64,000 bases of DNA from NCBI GenBank assembly GCA_013239625.1, contig MU053136.1, forward strand, positions 328,017 to 392,016. The letters are read 5' to 3'. The position numbers were made by a program, and so were the translations under genes. The notes beneath the pieces were generated by a model, which was not told the origin of the DNA, made no database searches, and saw only the letters and a list, made by a program, of their open reading frames with translations. Positions 11,557 through 22,573 of this stretch are shown in pieces. Each line of letters starts with the position of its first letter. Position 1 is the stretch's first letter. This stretch comes from Lama guanicoe. Taxonomy: Eukaryota.

Positions 11557-11701
11557 CTGGCAAGTTGGGAGGGGTCCCCGGGACTGAGGATGTGGCATCA
11601 TCCCACCCTGGGTGGGGTCATGGGGACCACAAGGTTGGACCCCGAAGGAAGGCGAATTCCCTTTTTGGTGATTCATCTGGGGTGGGAATCCCAGAGATGG
11701 G
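11557..11701 (-). CDS. GLI1: GLI1 exon 5
   Basis: 145 nt, PSLGFPPQMNHQKG...PLPTCQ. Confidence 0.95.
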
Positions 11702-11953
11702 CTGAGGAGGAGGAGAAGGGGAGGAAGTTACTTAGGACTGTCATCTCACAAAGTCTCTGGAGTTCTTGAGCTATTGGAGGGTTTCTGGAAGATGGTATGG
11801 GAGGTGGTTGAGGCAGTCCGATGGAAGTACTGAGGATTTCTATGCCTTTAAAATGATAAGGATTCAAATAGGGTCAGGTGGTTTGGAGGGCTTGAGGCTT
11901 TTAATGGGGTTCGGTGGGTCTTTAGGAGTCTCTTAGCTCAAGGCTGTGTGCAC

Positions 11954-12149
11954 CTCATGGTGCCGATGGAGAGGTGACCATAGGAGCCCCCTGGAGATGC
12001 ACAGCGTGAATTGATGAAGGCCACGAGGGAGCTGGGCGAGGTGCGAATAACTGTCTGCAGGTCCAGGCTGGCATCCGACAGAGGTGAGATGGAGAGTGCC
12101 CGCTTCTTGGTCAATTTGACTGCACTCCGGGGAGGAGGAAACAATGGGG
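11954..12149 (-). CDS. GLI1: GLI1 exon 4 (SUFU-binding SYGH motif)
   Basis: 196 nt, KKRALSISPLSDASLDLQTVIRTSPSSLVAFINSR...GSYGHLSIG. Confidence 0.96.
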
Positions 12150-12253
12150 CTGGGGCAGGAAACAGGGGAGACAGATATGGTAAAGGGGCACATCTCCCCA
12201 CACATCTAGCCAGTGAGTCCTGACCCTCAGCAAAAAAAAAAAAAAAAAAAAAA

Positions 12254-12284
12254 NNNNNNNNNNNNNNNNNNNNNNNNNNNNNNN
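12254..12284. other. assembly gap (31 N) inside a poly(A) run (12232-12303) in GLI1 intron 3
   Basis: Run of n flanked by about 20 A on each side. Confidence 0.99.
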
Positions 12285-12477
12285 AAAAAAAAAAAAAAAA
12301 AAAGACACTAGACTCTGCCCAGTTGACCCCCTCTGTGACCTCCTGATCATGCTCTGACTTGTTGATCCTATCTCGAGGCATTTCCTCTTCCAAGGTAGAT
12401 CCCTTGCCCTCCAACTTTCTCCCTCAGGACAAGTCCCAAAGGAGCAGAAAGGAAAGAGATGTTGCCTGAGGCCTCAC

Positions 12478-12570
12478 CCTCAGTGCAGCTGTTGGTCTCT
12501 CTGGCTGGCCCATAACTATGGGGGCTGGACATGAGGTTGGCCTGGTGGCAGAAAGGCAGACCGGGCAGTC
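12478..12570 (-). CDS. GLI1: GLI1 exon 3
   Basis: 93 nt, GLPGLPFCHQANLMSSPHSYGPARETNSCTE. Confidence 0.95.
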
Positions 12571-12801
12571 CTAGAAAAGAGATCCAGCTGGAATGGGAGA
12601 TTGAAATGGAAGATACACAAGGCCTCACCTTGAAACCCCAGGTAAGGCCTGATCCCATATTCCAAGCCCATATGACATGGGGCCTCAACTCTTTTTGTAT
12701 ATGGGAAACTGACATGGGGTAGGAGATGGCAGAGGGATCCCTGGGGCTGGGTGAGAGATCTGCCAGTTGTCAAGGTCGGGGGATTGATAATAAGCACTGA
12801 C

Positions 12802-12901
12802 CTTCCGTCCCCATGCTCGGGCCCCCCTGAGTGGGGAGGGGCCGGAGACAGCAGGGCTCGCCGTAGCTACTGACTGGCGGTGGGGTCATCGAGTTGAACA
12901 T
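12802..12901 (-). CDS. GLI1: GLI1 exon 2, coding part (start codon); exon begins at 12928
   Basis: accATG TTC AAC TCG = MFNSMTPPPVSSYGEPCCLRP; acceptor 27 nt upstream, donor gtcagt. Confidence 0.96.
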
Positions 12902-13559
12902 GGTGTCTCAGAGGAGAGTGTGGGGACACTGTAGGAGGGGAAGGGAGATCTGCAAGTTATAAAGGCAGGAGGGAAATACAGAAGGTCAGATAACTAAGTC
13001 AGGCACAGAACCCTGGGCAAAGCACCTCCAAGACATCTGCCATGGGAAATCAACTTGAAATGAGCATCACTCAGCCAGGGAGAGAGAGGGTAAGGAGAGA
13101 AGTCCCATAGAGGCAGTCTTAGGGATCTTTGTGGGAACTGGGTAGAAGCTTTGCCTGGATGGTCTGTGTGTTGTGTGTGTGTGGAGTGTTCTGGACTTAA
13201 CTGTGGCTATGTGGGTTCCAAGGGATTTTATACCTGGGCCCTCTATTTCTTCTTCCTCTGACCATGGGCCAGCTATGAGGGGTGGGATGGGGAAATTCAT
13301 GCAGAGGAGTGTCTGACTTAAAGCACTGGACTGGCTGCTCTGCCTGAACCCCTTTCCCTTTCCTTCATTTGTTGCTTGCCGTCCAGGTTCCAGCAGAGGG
13401 AGCCCTCGCCACGGCCCAGACAGAGGGGCTGGTAGGGCCAGGAGGGAACACGGATGATCTGCCGTTTTCTCTCTAACGCAGAAAACTGTGTGTTGAAGGG
13501 GATAGGGTTTCTGAGCGAAGCCTCCCGGGTCTGTTGGGTACAAAGGATGGAAGCTGGGG

Positions 13560-15360
13560 TTATTCAGGGGTGGTCTGGATCTGGGCGCCTGCTTAACTCT
13601 TTTGGTCGTTTTGAGGAACAGAAAAGGGACTGTGAGGGAAAACTTTGGGAGAATTAAAAAACAAAAACAAAAAACAAACCAAAGTCATCATCCATTAGAG
13701 AGGAGTAATGAGGAAGAATAGAGTATCTGTCCGCTTTTCTCCTCAAACTCCAGTTTTTTGCTCCGCCCCGGGTTTTCCGCTTTCCCGGGACTGAGGGTGG
13801 GGTGGGGCGGGGTAGGGTGGAGACCGACCGGGAGCGGGCCGGCCGGCGCGGTGGGTGATCCCGGGATGCTGGGATTTAGGGTGAGGGCGGGGTAAGATGG
13901 GGAGCGGAACCCGGACCCCATGACCCAGCCCGAGACCCGCAGCCTGGGCTGTACCCTTCCTAACTCCTCCTTTCCCAGCGGAGATCCTAATCCCGCAACC
14001 AAGACCTCTCAGCTCGACCTTGGCACAATGTTGGGGGGCACAGCTGGCTGGCAGCTGGAATGGGGGACACTTCTCCCGCCTCCTTCCTCTATGACTCACC
14101 CAGAGTAAGGAGGCGGGGGCTTGTAAACGACCCCCCAAAACTAGAGACTCCCCCAAACATGCCTGCTCAGTCATCTTCCTGCCCCACTGCCCAGCCACAG
14201 GGGAGCCCGAGATGGAAATGGGGCGATGTCTCTTCTCGCCCACGCGTGCCAAAGCCCACCTACGTCTCCCCTTCACACTGGTGAAAGGAAAATTTCGCCA
14301 ACTTTTCCAGCTTCAATTAAGCTTTTCTGGGGTGTGGATGAGAGCGCAGGTTGGGACAGGGAGCTCTAGGGTTCCCTTGCTGGAGCCCTGAATCATCTTC
14401 TGTGTCTCCCAATTTTCCAGAGTGCCCCCCCGTCGCACCCCCGCCCCTCAACTCCCAGGAGTCGGCCCCGCCCCCTTCTCCCGGTCCCGCCTTCCCCGCC
14501 CCCGTGCCTCCTCGGCCCACCCAAGTCGCCGCCGCAGGCTCTGGCTGCAGACGGCTCCGCTTCCCCCGCCCGCTCCGGGAGCCCAGTCGAGCGAGCCACA
14601 GTGGAGGGGGGGGAGCGATGCGGATTGAGAGGCGGGACACATTCTTGCCTCCTCCCCTCGGAGCATCCAGAGCTGGCAGTGGCGCGGGGGGACGGGGTGG
14701 GGGCTCTGTTGGAGAGTGGGAGTCCCTCGGTGAGGTGGAAAAGAAAGAATCCAGAAACTATAAGGGGAGAAAGTGATTAGGAAAAATAAGGTGTGTCTGG
14801 GGAGGGGGCGGTTCCTGGGTATCCCAGCTGGCTTCCCAAGGGTTAACCACTCCAGACCCCCGGGAACCCCCTAGTGACGTCAAGGGCGGGGTCTGTACCG
14901 TCTGGCAGGGGATGCCTTGCCTAGGAGATAATGGGGGGGTCTCTGGACCCCGCCCCCCAAGGAAAAATCCTTATTCAGACCTTTACAACGCCCCCCGAGA
15001 AATCGCCCTGCCTTCTCCCTCTAATGGACCGTAAAGACCTATTCTATGACGACCCCGGTTCTCCAGCCCCTAAAACCTTTAGTCCCCAGTGTCTGTGGGA
15101 TCCCCTTTGCCTAATCTTATCCCCAAAGCTCGCTGCCCAGGGCGGATTGTTTCGGGGTCACGGGGCCTGAAAGAGACTTCGGAGCGGGGAGCAAGGGCAG
15201 GCAGGGTGGTCTGAGGCAGAGGAGGGGCCTCGGTCCCCAGCTCCCGTTTGGGAGGGGGGCCAACCGAGATGCACAGGCAGGCAGTGGCCAGTGGTCCCGC
15301 CCCATCCCAGTAGGGGTCTCCCTGAGGCTGGCCCCAGCTGCCCCGGTGGTCCTGAGGTCA
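13560..15360. promoter_or_regulatory. GC/CpG-rich GLI1 intron 1 regulatory region with GLI-like sites
   Basis: High CpG density; 8/9 matches to GACCACCCA at 13567, 13852, 14129, 15203; GC boxes; TGACGTCA CRE at 14875-14882. Confidence 0.6.
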
Positions 15361-15698
15361 GAAGGTCAAGACAAGGTCTCCTCAGCTCCTCCTTAGCACC
15401 CTGCCCACAGCCCTTAGGACCCAGGAGTCCAAATTCCTTGGGGAGTCTTTCTAGGGCCTAAACTAGAGAGTCACTTCTCCAGCCCCCACCTAGTCCAAAA
15501 AATAATTCCTTCCCCTCAAAACACACGCACCAACAAGCACATCTGTCACAAGACAGGTCAGGGGTTCAAGCCCAGCCGCCCCCCAGCGGCTTTGTCGCCT
15601 CACACACACCCACTCCCACCCCATCTAGGGCTCTCTCCTTAGCTGTTCCCTCCTTTCAGAAACACTGACGTCTTCCTGCCCCGCGCTCAGAGTCACAC

Positions 15699-15820
15699 CT
15701 GGAGTTCCCTATCACGCAGACCTCCAGCTAGCCGTCCCTCCAGCCTCTTCATCCCAACCTCATAAATGTGAGATATTTCTAATATATGGAAGAGGCGGAG
15801 ACAAAGACATCCACGGTTGC
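15699..15820 (-). other. GLI1: GLI1 alternative non-coding exon 1a homologue
   Basis: Pyrimidine-rich acceptor (tctcag), donor CCAG|gtgtga; body resembles recalled mouse Gli1 exon 1a (gaggttgggatgaaga...gctggaggtctgcgtg...gaactccag). Confidence 0.6.
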
Positions 15821-16019
15821 CTGAGACAGAGACACAGACTGTAAGAAGAAAAAAGATACAGAGAAAGGGAGCTACATTTGAAAAAGTTCTCGAAACTTTC
15901 TACTATCTTACCCCGGGCTCTCCCACCCCTACTTTGCCTCTGTGCCCTAGGTCTCCCTCTTGGCTGGGCAGAGTCCCTCGCAAGCAGAGCATCCCCTCAG
16001 GCCCCCTCCCCCACCCCTC

Positions 16020-16620
16020 CCAGGTGGTCCCCCGCCTGCCCCCCTTCTCACCTCCGTCTGGGCGCAGGGCTCGGGATGCGCGGTCCAGGGCAGGAGTCTG
16101 GGCTGGGGGGTGTGCGGTGGGGAGGGGGGGCGGACAGGGCTGTGGCAGCGCAGCCTCAGTGCCACCCCCAACCCCCACAACCTGGCCCCCAGCCCTCCCG
16201 CCGGCCCAGCCCGCCGGGCCGCGAGCCGGGACCACCCGCGAGAAGCGCAAACTTTTTTTTCCCTTTTGCAAAAACTTTTTCTCGTTGAAGCCGCTGGCAC
16301 GCCGCCGCTCTTCCCGCTCGCCCCTCACCTCCCTCCTATTTCCCTCCCTCTTGCTGTTCTGAAGGATGAGGCGGGGTAGCTGGAAGCGAGAGAGGGGGTG
16401 CCGGGCTTATTGCACCCCCAGGACCCCCAGGATCCTCCCCCTCCCTTGAGGGACCCTATACTGCCTAACACCCCCCCCCGGGGGGCTGAACACGCTGCTG
16501 GTGGTGGGCAGTAAATCCCGGCCTGGATCCCTGGATCGGCTACCCAAGAAGAGGCCCTGACCAGAGCCAGAAAAAAAAAAATTGAGAATTATATTGAGGG
16601 GCGAGGAGCGGGCGACGAAA
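16020..16620. promoter_or_regulatory. GLI1 CpG-island promoter
   Basis: Dense CpG, GC boxes, GACCACCCG at 16230-16238, no TATA seen. Confidence 0.8.
16052..16110 (-). other. GLI1: GLI1 non-coding exon 1 (5' end approximate)
   Basis: cccagactcctgccctggaccgcgcatcccgagccctgcgcccagacggag|gtgaga matches recalled GLI1 5'UTR start; strong donor. Confidence 0.85.
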
Positions 16621-17676
16621 AAATTCATTCGAGAAAGATAATACTGAAAGTAGGGTCGTCGTGCTAATTGAGCAGTCCTCCATCTTGTAGTTTATTCGCT
16701 GGCCTCACCCTTTGGATGGAACATGAAGGGACTGAGACAGATTTGGGGTTTGGTGGAAACAGGATTGGGGCAGAGTTGGGTTGGGGGCCCTGGGCGGAAG
16801 ATGTGGGGTCTATGAAGCATAAAAGGGAGGAGCAGCGGCTGAGGCTCTGGGTGCAGAGCATGTGTTCACAAGGTTACTAAGGAACCCTGGGACTGAAGCA
16901 CTGTTCCCTGAGAACCCCGGCTCTCCTTCATCTCGAAATTCTGGAGACTGAGGCCGCCTCTGCACCTCTGCGCTGCCCACTCTCTGCTCTTCAAGGCTGT
17001 TTGCTCCCTCTGCTGGCCTTTCTGACACATGACACCTTCTCGGAGTCTGGAAACAGGAGACTCGGGGAGCTGAAGAAGTAGGCTTAACAGGTCCCCCCAC
17101 CAAAGCCCAGTTGGGAGTCCATGGAGGGGTTGTATGAACCCAAAGAAACCGGGGAGCCCACTGGCAGAGGCTGCCACTGTAGAGCGGTAGTGTCTGATAG
17201 GGGAGTGCCCTGTCTCTTTGGATTTGGGTTGCCATGGTGACCAGATGCAGGGGAAGGGGCAGCTATTTTAGTCTTTCTGGCCTTTCTTTATGAGAAAGGG
17301 GAGAAGGCATGATACAGGGAAAGGAATCCCTTCCTTTTCTGTCACCTCCCACTTCCTATCTCTACATCCAAACACCACCTCCTCGGGTCTGGAAGGTCAG
17401 TGGGTTAACTGTTCAGTCTGAGGGTCAAGGGGAAAGGTGAAACGAAAAAGAGGTCTGAGCCTGACAAATATATGTAGTAACTGTGGGAGGAAAGATAAGG
17501 AGCCCTATTTGAGCGTCCCTCCCCCACGTGACTTTGACCCAGACACCACTTATACCCAGACGGTCAAGCAAGACCAGCGATGACTGGAGAAGGGACACTA
17601 CACATGCTCCTTCCAGGGGAGCTCTTTCAGAGCACACAGCGTTCTCCTCCCCACCCTGGACTCTGGGCCTCTAGAT

Positions 17677-18019
17677 CAGCGATTCTCAAACAATTTGGTT
17701 TCAAGACTCCTTGAATCTCTTTAAAAAATTACTCAGCTTTTGTTTATGTGATTTATATCAATTTACCACATTAGAAATTAAAACTGAAAAAAAAATTGTA
17801 ACACAAGAATACATAAGCACACATCCCATTAACAAAGATGTCAGAAAGATGATGTAATCACATGTCCTACAGCCTCTGGAAAACACTGTAGGCTTTTGAG
17901 ACGTGGAAAATTAAAAAGGCAAATAACGTCTTAGTATTATTAGAAAAATAGTTTGGACCATGTGAAAAGGTCTCAGGAACCTCCCCAGGGGTTCCCAGGC
18001 CACACTCTGACAACCGCTC
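17677..18019. mobile_element. hAT-Charlie family non-autonomous element
   Basis: Ends cagcgattctcaaa / ctgacaaccgct; aaaaaggcaaataacgtcttagt shared with the Charlie1 copy near 60405; degenerate 8-bp TSD ctctagat / ctctggac. Confidence 0.7.
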
Positions 18020-18079
18020 CTCTGGACCGTCATCCCAGCCCTTCTTTATGACTCACACTTCTTGATTTTTTTCTTCATT

Positions 18080-18085
18080 TTTATT
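18080..18085 (-). terminator. candidate INHBE poly(A) signal AATAAA
   Basis: First tttatt on + downstream of the INHBE stop, about 590 nt away. Confidence 0.55.
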
Positions 18086-18671
18086 AGGAAAGTAAAAACA
18101 TTTGCTCCCCCACCCTACCCCGAGAAAAACCAGAGAGCTTCACAAGCTCAGCACCGCTCTCAGGGCTCCCCGCTCTGGGGCTCTCCTAAACGCCTCCCGT
18201 CAGCCCTTGCCCAGCTCCCTCTGGAGCCTCCCTTGAACAGTCCCTACCCTTGGCCCATCGGTTTTCCCATCCCAAGCCCTCGGAGCCCTCGTCGGCTTCT
18301 TCCTTCCCTCACTTGAGGGCTTTCTCTTCTTGGGAGAGACTCAGTGATTTTTCACTGCCTTCTCCTTCCCACCCTCCCTCCCTCCCCTCTGCCATCTTCT
18401 CAGCTGGCTTAGGGTAGGAAATCATGCTTTCTGGGTAGACTCCTTTAGAGGACACACTTCCCCCATCTCCCTCTACATCAGCCAGCCTGGAATAGGCCAG
18501 AGTCTGGACAAGAAAGTGCCCATTTGGGTCCCAGAGGGGCTAACCCAGTCATACTGCCAAGCGGCCCATGGGTGGAGGTATGGATCAGGGATCCGATGCT
18601 GCAGCCACAGATGCCCTTTGCCTGGGAGCCCTTAGCCTGATCTCTTCACTCCAAATGCCCAGGTCCTCTTG

Positions 18672-19429
18672 CTAGCTGCAGCCACAGGCCTCTACCACCA
18701 TATCTGGCACATCTGTCTTGACCACATTGCCATCACGGTCGAGGTAGAGGAGAGAGAGAGGCCTTCGGGCAGTGGGGACACAGCAAGAAGTACCCAAGGG
18801 CCAAGGGTTATTGGCCTTAAGGAGGCTGAAGACGGCAGAATGGAAGGAGGCAGCGATGCCTGGGCTGCCAGCCAGGTGGGGGGGGCACTGCCCACTGCAG
18901 AAATTCAGCTGGTACCCCTCAGGTTGCAGGATCCAGTCCCGCCATCCCAGGTCCTGGAAGTCTACATAATGGTCTCGCCTGCAACATAAGGGGGTCTCAG
19001 GCTCACAGGTGGGGGTCCTCCTCCTGGCCCGGCCTGCTCCAAGCTCATTGGGCCGGGTCTTAAGCTCCAGGAAGGGCCGCTGCTCTCCCGTTGTGTCCAG
19101 GAGCCACCGAGGTTGTCGGGCAGCTGTGCTGTTGCCTTCTAGGGGTCTGCAGTCCAGCCGGAGTTTCAGGACACCAGGCTCCTCAGCCCTCAAGCCACTA
19201 GAGGGCAGAGTCAGGGCATGCCAGCCTGGGGTTGTCATTTGGTGCTCCGCCAGGAGGACACGGGATCCTCGGCGTTTCCTTCGAGGGCCCCATCGGAAAA
19301 TCCTCAAGGAAAGAGTGCCAGGAAGGGTGGGGAGCACGTGCAGCCAGAGGCGAGCGTGGTACAGGTGGTAGGACCGAGGAGTGGGCAGGTGGAAGGTGAG
19401 CATGGAGCTGCAGGTGGAGGTGGAGGAGT
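18672..19429 (-). CDS. INHBE: INHBE exon 2 (inhibin/activin beta E prodomain and mature TGF-beta domain)
   Basis: Acceptor 19431-19430; RARRR furin site, nine-cysteine mature domain ending [15 protein letters not shown]; with exon 1 = 1056 nt, 351 aa. Confidence 0.97.
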
Positions 19430-19669
19430 CTGCCAGAAAGATGGACAAGGGACTGAGGACGGTGAGCGGAGATGACGCTGTCCTCTGAGACTCCCACAAG
19501 CCCTGCCCGCTGCTCTGCCTAGCACCCACATTTAGAAGAAACAGGGACTCTGCAACTGGTTCCTGCTCCCAATTCCTCTTCCTCTTACACCCGACTCCCT
19601 CTGCTTCTGCTGTCGTTCTGCCCTTCTGCCTCCCTTTTCCTGCCTGCTCTCTGTCTCTCCCTCACCCAC

Positions 19670-19967
19670 CTGTGATGGTAGCAAAGCTGATGACCTCCTC
19701 CCCATTCTCTGGAGCCACGCTTCCCTGCTGCAGTCTCCGGAGGGCTCTGGTCAGCGCTGCCTGGGGTGGAGGATGAGTTATTCTGGGACGACTGGTCAGC
19801 TGCAGCCCCTCGAGGATTTGCTGCTTGGCTAGCTCGAGGACCAGAGCTCGTTCTGCTTGGGGCTCCAATGTGGGACCCCCACAGGAGGGACACACAGATT
19901 CTGCCCCCTGTGCCCACACCAGTGCCCACAGCAGCACCAGCCAGAGCTGGACATCAGGGAGCCCCAT
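19670..19967 (-). CDS. INHBE: INHBE exon 1 (signal peptide)
   Basis: [21 protein letters not shown] signal, [19 protein letters not shown]; phase-1 donor G|gtgggt. Confidence 0.97.
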
Positions 19968-20436
19968 GCTCCTGGTGAATGGCCCTGGGTCAGGCCGACA
20001 GCGTCAGATGGCCGTTGCTTCTTCTGCTGAGTCTGACTGCGTGGACGCCAACGTGGGCACGGCAGCAGCGGACACCAGTGCCACACCTACCCTTGGCCAA
20101 GGGTACAGTCACCTGTCTTCTGTAGTCTGGGACTCAGGAAGGCAGAGAGCGGATGGTCCGTTGGGTGACTGTGTTTAGTGCCGTCTGCCAGCTTGCCCCT
20201 CACAGCTCACGTCTGGTTACTGACTGGGGACTCTCTAGAGCCAGCAGCCTAAGGTTCCCTCACCTAGTGGTCAGCAGCCCGACCTACCCTCTGAGCCCCA
20301 GGATTGGCCAGCTGTGCTGCCCATCAGGTCCCTGCAGGGGGTGGAGGTTCCCCCCTGGAGCTCAGGTTTCACCATCTGGCCCTGGTCACGGAGCTTGAGG
20401 TAGGGGTAGGGGGTGGGGGGGCTATGTGGACATGCA

Positions 20437-20444
20437 TGATGCAA
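20437..20444 (+). promoter_or_regulatory. C/EBP-ATF composite element (CARE) TGATGCAA, proximal
   Basis: Exact CARE core about 470 bp upstream of the INHBE ATG. Confidence 0.6.
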
Positions 20445-20903
20445 GAAGGAGGATGATTTCACATGCTCCGTCCCCAAGGTCTGGGGCTCGGGGGAGGGAA
20501 CTCCACATGAGCAAGGTGGGAAGGGCAGCTTCCCCCCATACCTCCAGTCTGTCTAGCTTGCCCAGCCACCACTGCTGCAGCAGTTTCCACGAGGCAGCTG
20601 GGAGTTCCAGTGGTTACTTCTCTGGGCGGGAAGGAGAACTCTGGTCTTTTTATTTCTAGCAATGGGGCTGGAATAGAGGTGAGAGGCTGGTAGGGGGAGG
20701 TGGGGAGTGGGAGGAACGGAGTCCTCCTGCCCAGGCCAAGGTGGCAGTGCCACGAGGCATAGAAGTCACCCCCTGACCTTGCCTGTGCTGACCGCCCAGA
20801 GTCCAGTTGGACTGGAGCACAACGTGGACGAGGGCTGGAGCATGTGGGGGGGGTGGCATGTCACTGTAATGTCTGGGGAAACCCAGAGAGGTGGGGGTGG
20901 CAG

Positions 20904-20912
20904 TGATGCAAT
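20904..20912 (+). promoter_or_regulatory. C/EBP-ATF composite element (CARE) TGATGCAAT, distal
   Basis: Same 9-mer as the CHOP AARE core, about 940 bp upstream of the INHBE ATG. Confidence 0.6.
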
Positions 20913-22379
20913 CTTACAGCAGGGCAGAGTCCATCAAGGATGGCAGAAGGGCCTGTACCCAGCTGCTGGTTCTCTCTCAGGGGGCTCTAAGAGTTGCCTA
21001 GGTTTGGGGTACCCTACAAGTGGCACCAGCCTCTGCTAATGGCGGTGGGAAATGGAAGGTTTAAGGACTTTTAGGAACAAAGCATGGTGAGTACTGCAAC
21101 CTTAGTCCCAGTCCCAGCCCTCCTCACCACGCTCCTCACTGACTTTAAATGAAAGGGCCAGAGGGCCCTCCACGTTGAACTCATGAGAGTAGGCTTCATG
21201 CCACCCTTCCTCCTAATCCCTAGTTCCTTCAAGAAGCTGGGAGGAAGTAAGTGTGATTTGGAAACGTGCCTCTCCTCCAATTTATTAATCTCCCCACTAT
21301 TTAGCCAGTGGGGCTGTCAAATCTGGCACAGGGGAAGAGATGGCACTTTGGGGGCTGGGCCTCAGTACCGCCAGTGTCCACCATGTGGCAGTGCTGTGCC
21401 ACTGGACTGCGGTGGGCTTAGCGCTGACCAGCTTCCCAGGAAAGGGGCTGCTCTGGGGAGTGGAGAGATTTGGAGCACTTTCCGACCTCTCGCTCTGGGG
21501 ACCCTGCCTCTACAAGGGAAGACGGATAAGCTGGTCCCTCAGCTCTCTCCCCTCGCCACTGCCTGAGAGCAGAGGCTGTCGCCAGGGCCCACATCGCTGC
21601 AACCTTCAGTTTTGGTTTTGGACCTCATCATTTACACGTGGCAACGGAGCATGGTGATGGGTGCCAGGCTCTTCCTAGAAACTCAGGCATCTGTGGTGGG
21701 GAGGGGGACAGTGAGACTTTTAGAACTTCCTCTCCATCCTGCCTGAGTCATGTTCCAGCCCCTCTGCCCCGTGCCTCCCCAGCTCCCTCTCTGTTGGTCA
21801 AGCAGGTGAGTGACAGCCCTCTTCCCCACTAGGGTCTGGACTGTAGAACTGCAAAGCAGAGGTTTCTGCCCATGGTGGTTATCTCAGAGGGCTTACCTGT
21901 TGGTGAGCCTGAGTCAAGGGAAGCAGCAAGAAGAGGCTGCAGGAGTCACTGACCTCACCTCTCCCCTCCCTTCTCTGTCAGGTGGCCCCAATTTCCAGCT
22001 CTTCCTACCCTCTTGCTGCTGTGCCTGGCCTGCCCCTACCTTCCCACTGACACTTACGTCAGAACCCAGCTATAAATATGCTTTTAGCATCTTAGTCACT
22101 TTCCCCAAGAAGTGCTCCGGGTTATAAATACCCCAGCCATCTGCCTCACAGGCCCGCCCTACCACCAACCTGGTTGGGGGCTGGGGGTAGCAATAAGCTT
22201 GGGGGGGGGGTTAAGGAAGCAGAAGAAGCCTAAGTGATTATCTTGCCCAAAAGGGAAAAGCCTGACTAAGTCTAGAATTAGGGGCCGGGGGCTCTGGAAG
22301 AAAAGGTTTAGGAGACAGTCCCACTCTTTCCCGTTTTAATCAAAGGCAGAGCCAAGACACAAAAGAAGAAAAGGAGTAA

Positions 22380-22573
22380 TACTGATTCCTTTTCAATTTA
22401 ATTTATTTTAAAATTTGCTACTTTGTTCATCGTGGGTTTTTTTGCATTCATTTTGATTTAAAAAAAATACTGTATTAAGATATTTAGCTTGATTGATGAA
22501 TTTTTTGGCGTCCCCTTAAAATTTTGCCCCCAAAGCAAGTGCTTCGCTTCACCTCACCTTAGTCTTGGCCCTG
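22380..22573 (-). mobile_element. hAT-Tip100-type fossil (MER96-like)
   Basis: Minus strand starts cagggccaagactaaggtgaggtgaagcgaagcacttgc...caaaattttaagggg; abrupt AT-rich block in GC-rich surroundings. Confidence 0.55.

Noticed and set aside
13688..16628. Many 60-180 aa Pro/Gly/Arg-rich ORFs on both strands
   Set aside because: Expected from stop-codon scarcity in GC-rich CpG-island DNA; no recognisable domain. The same applies to 35932-36856.
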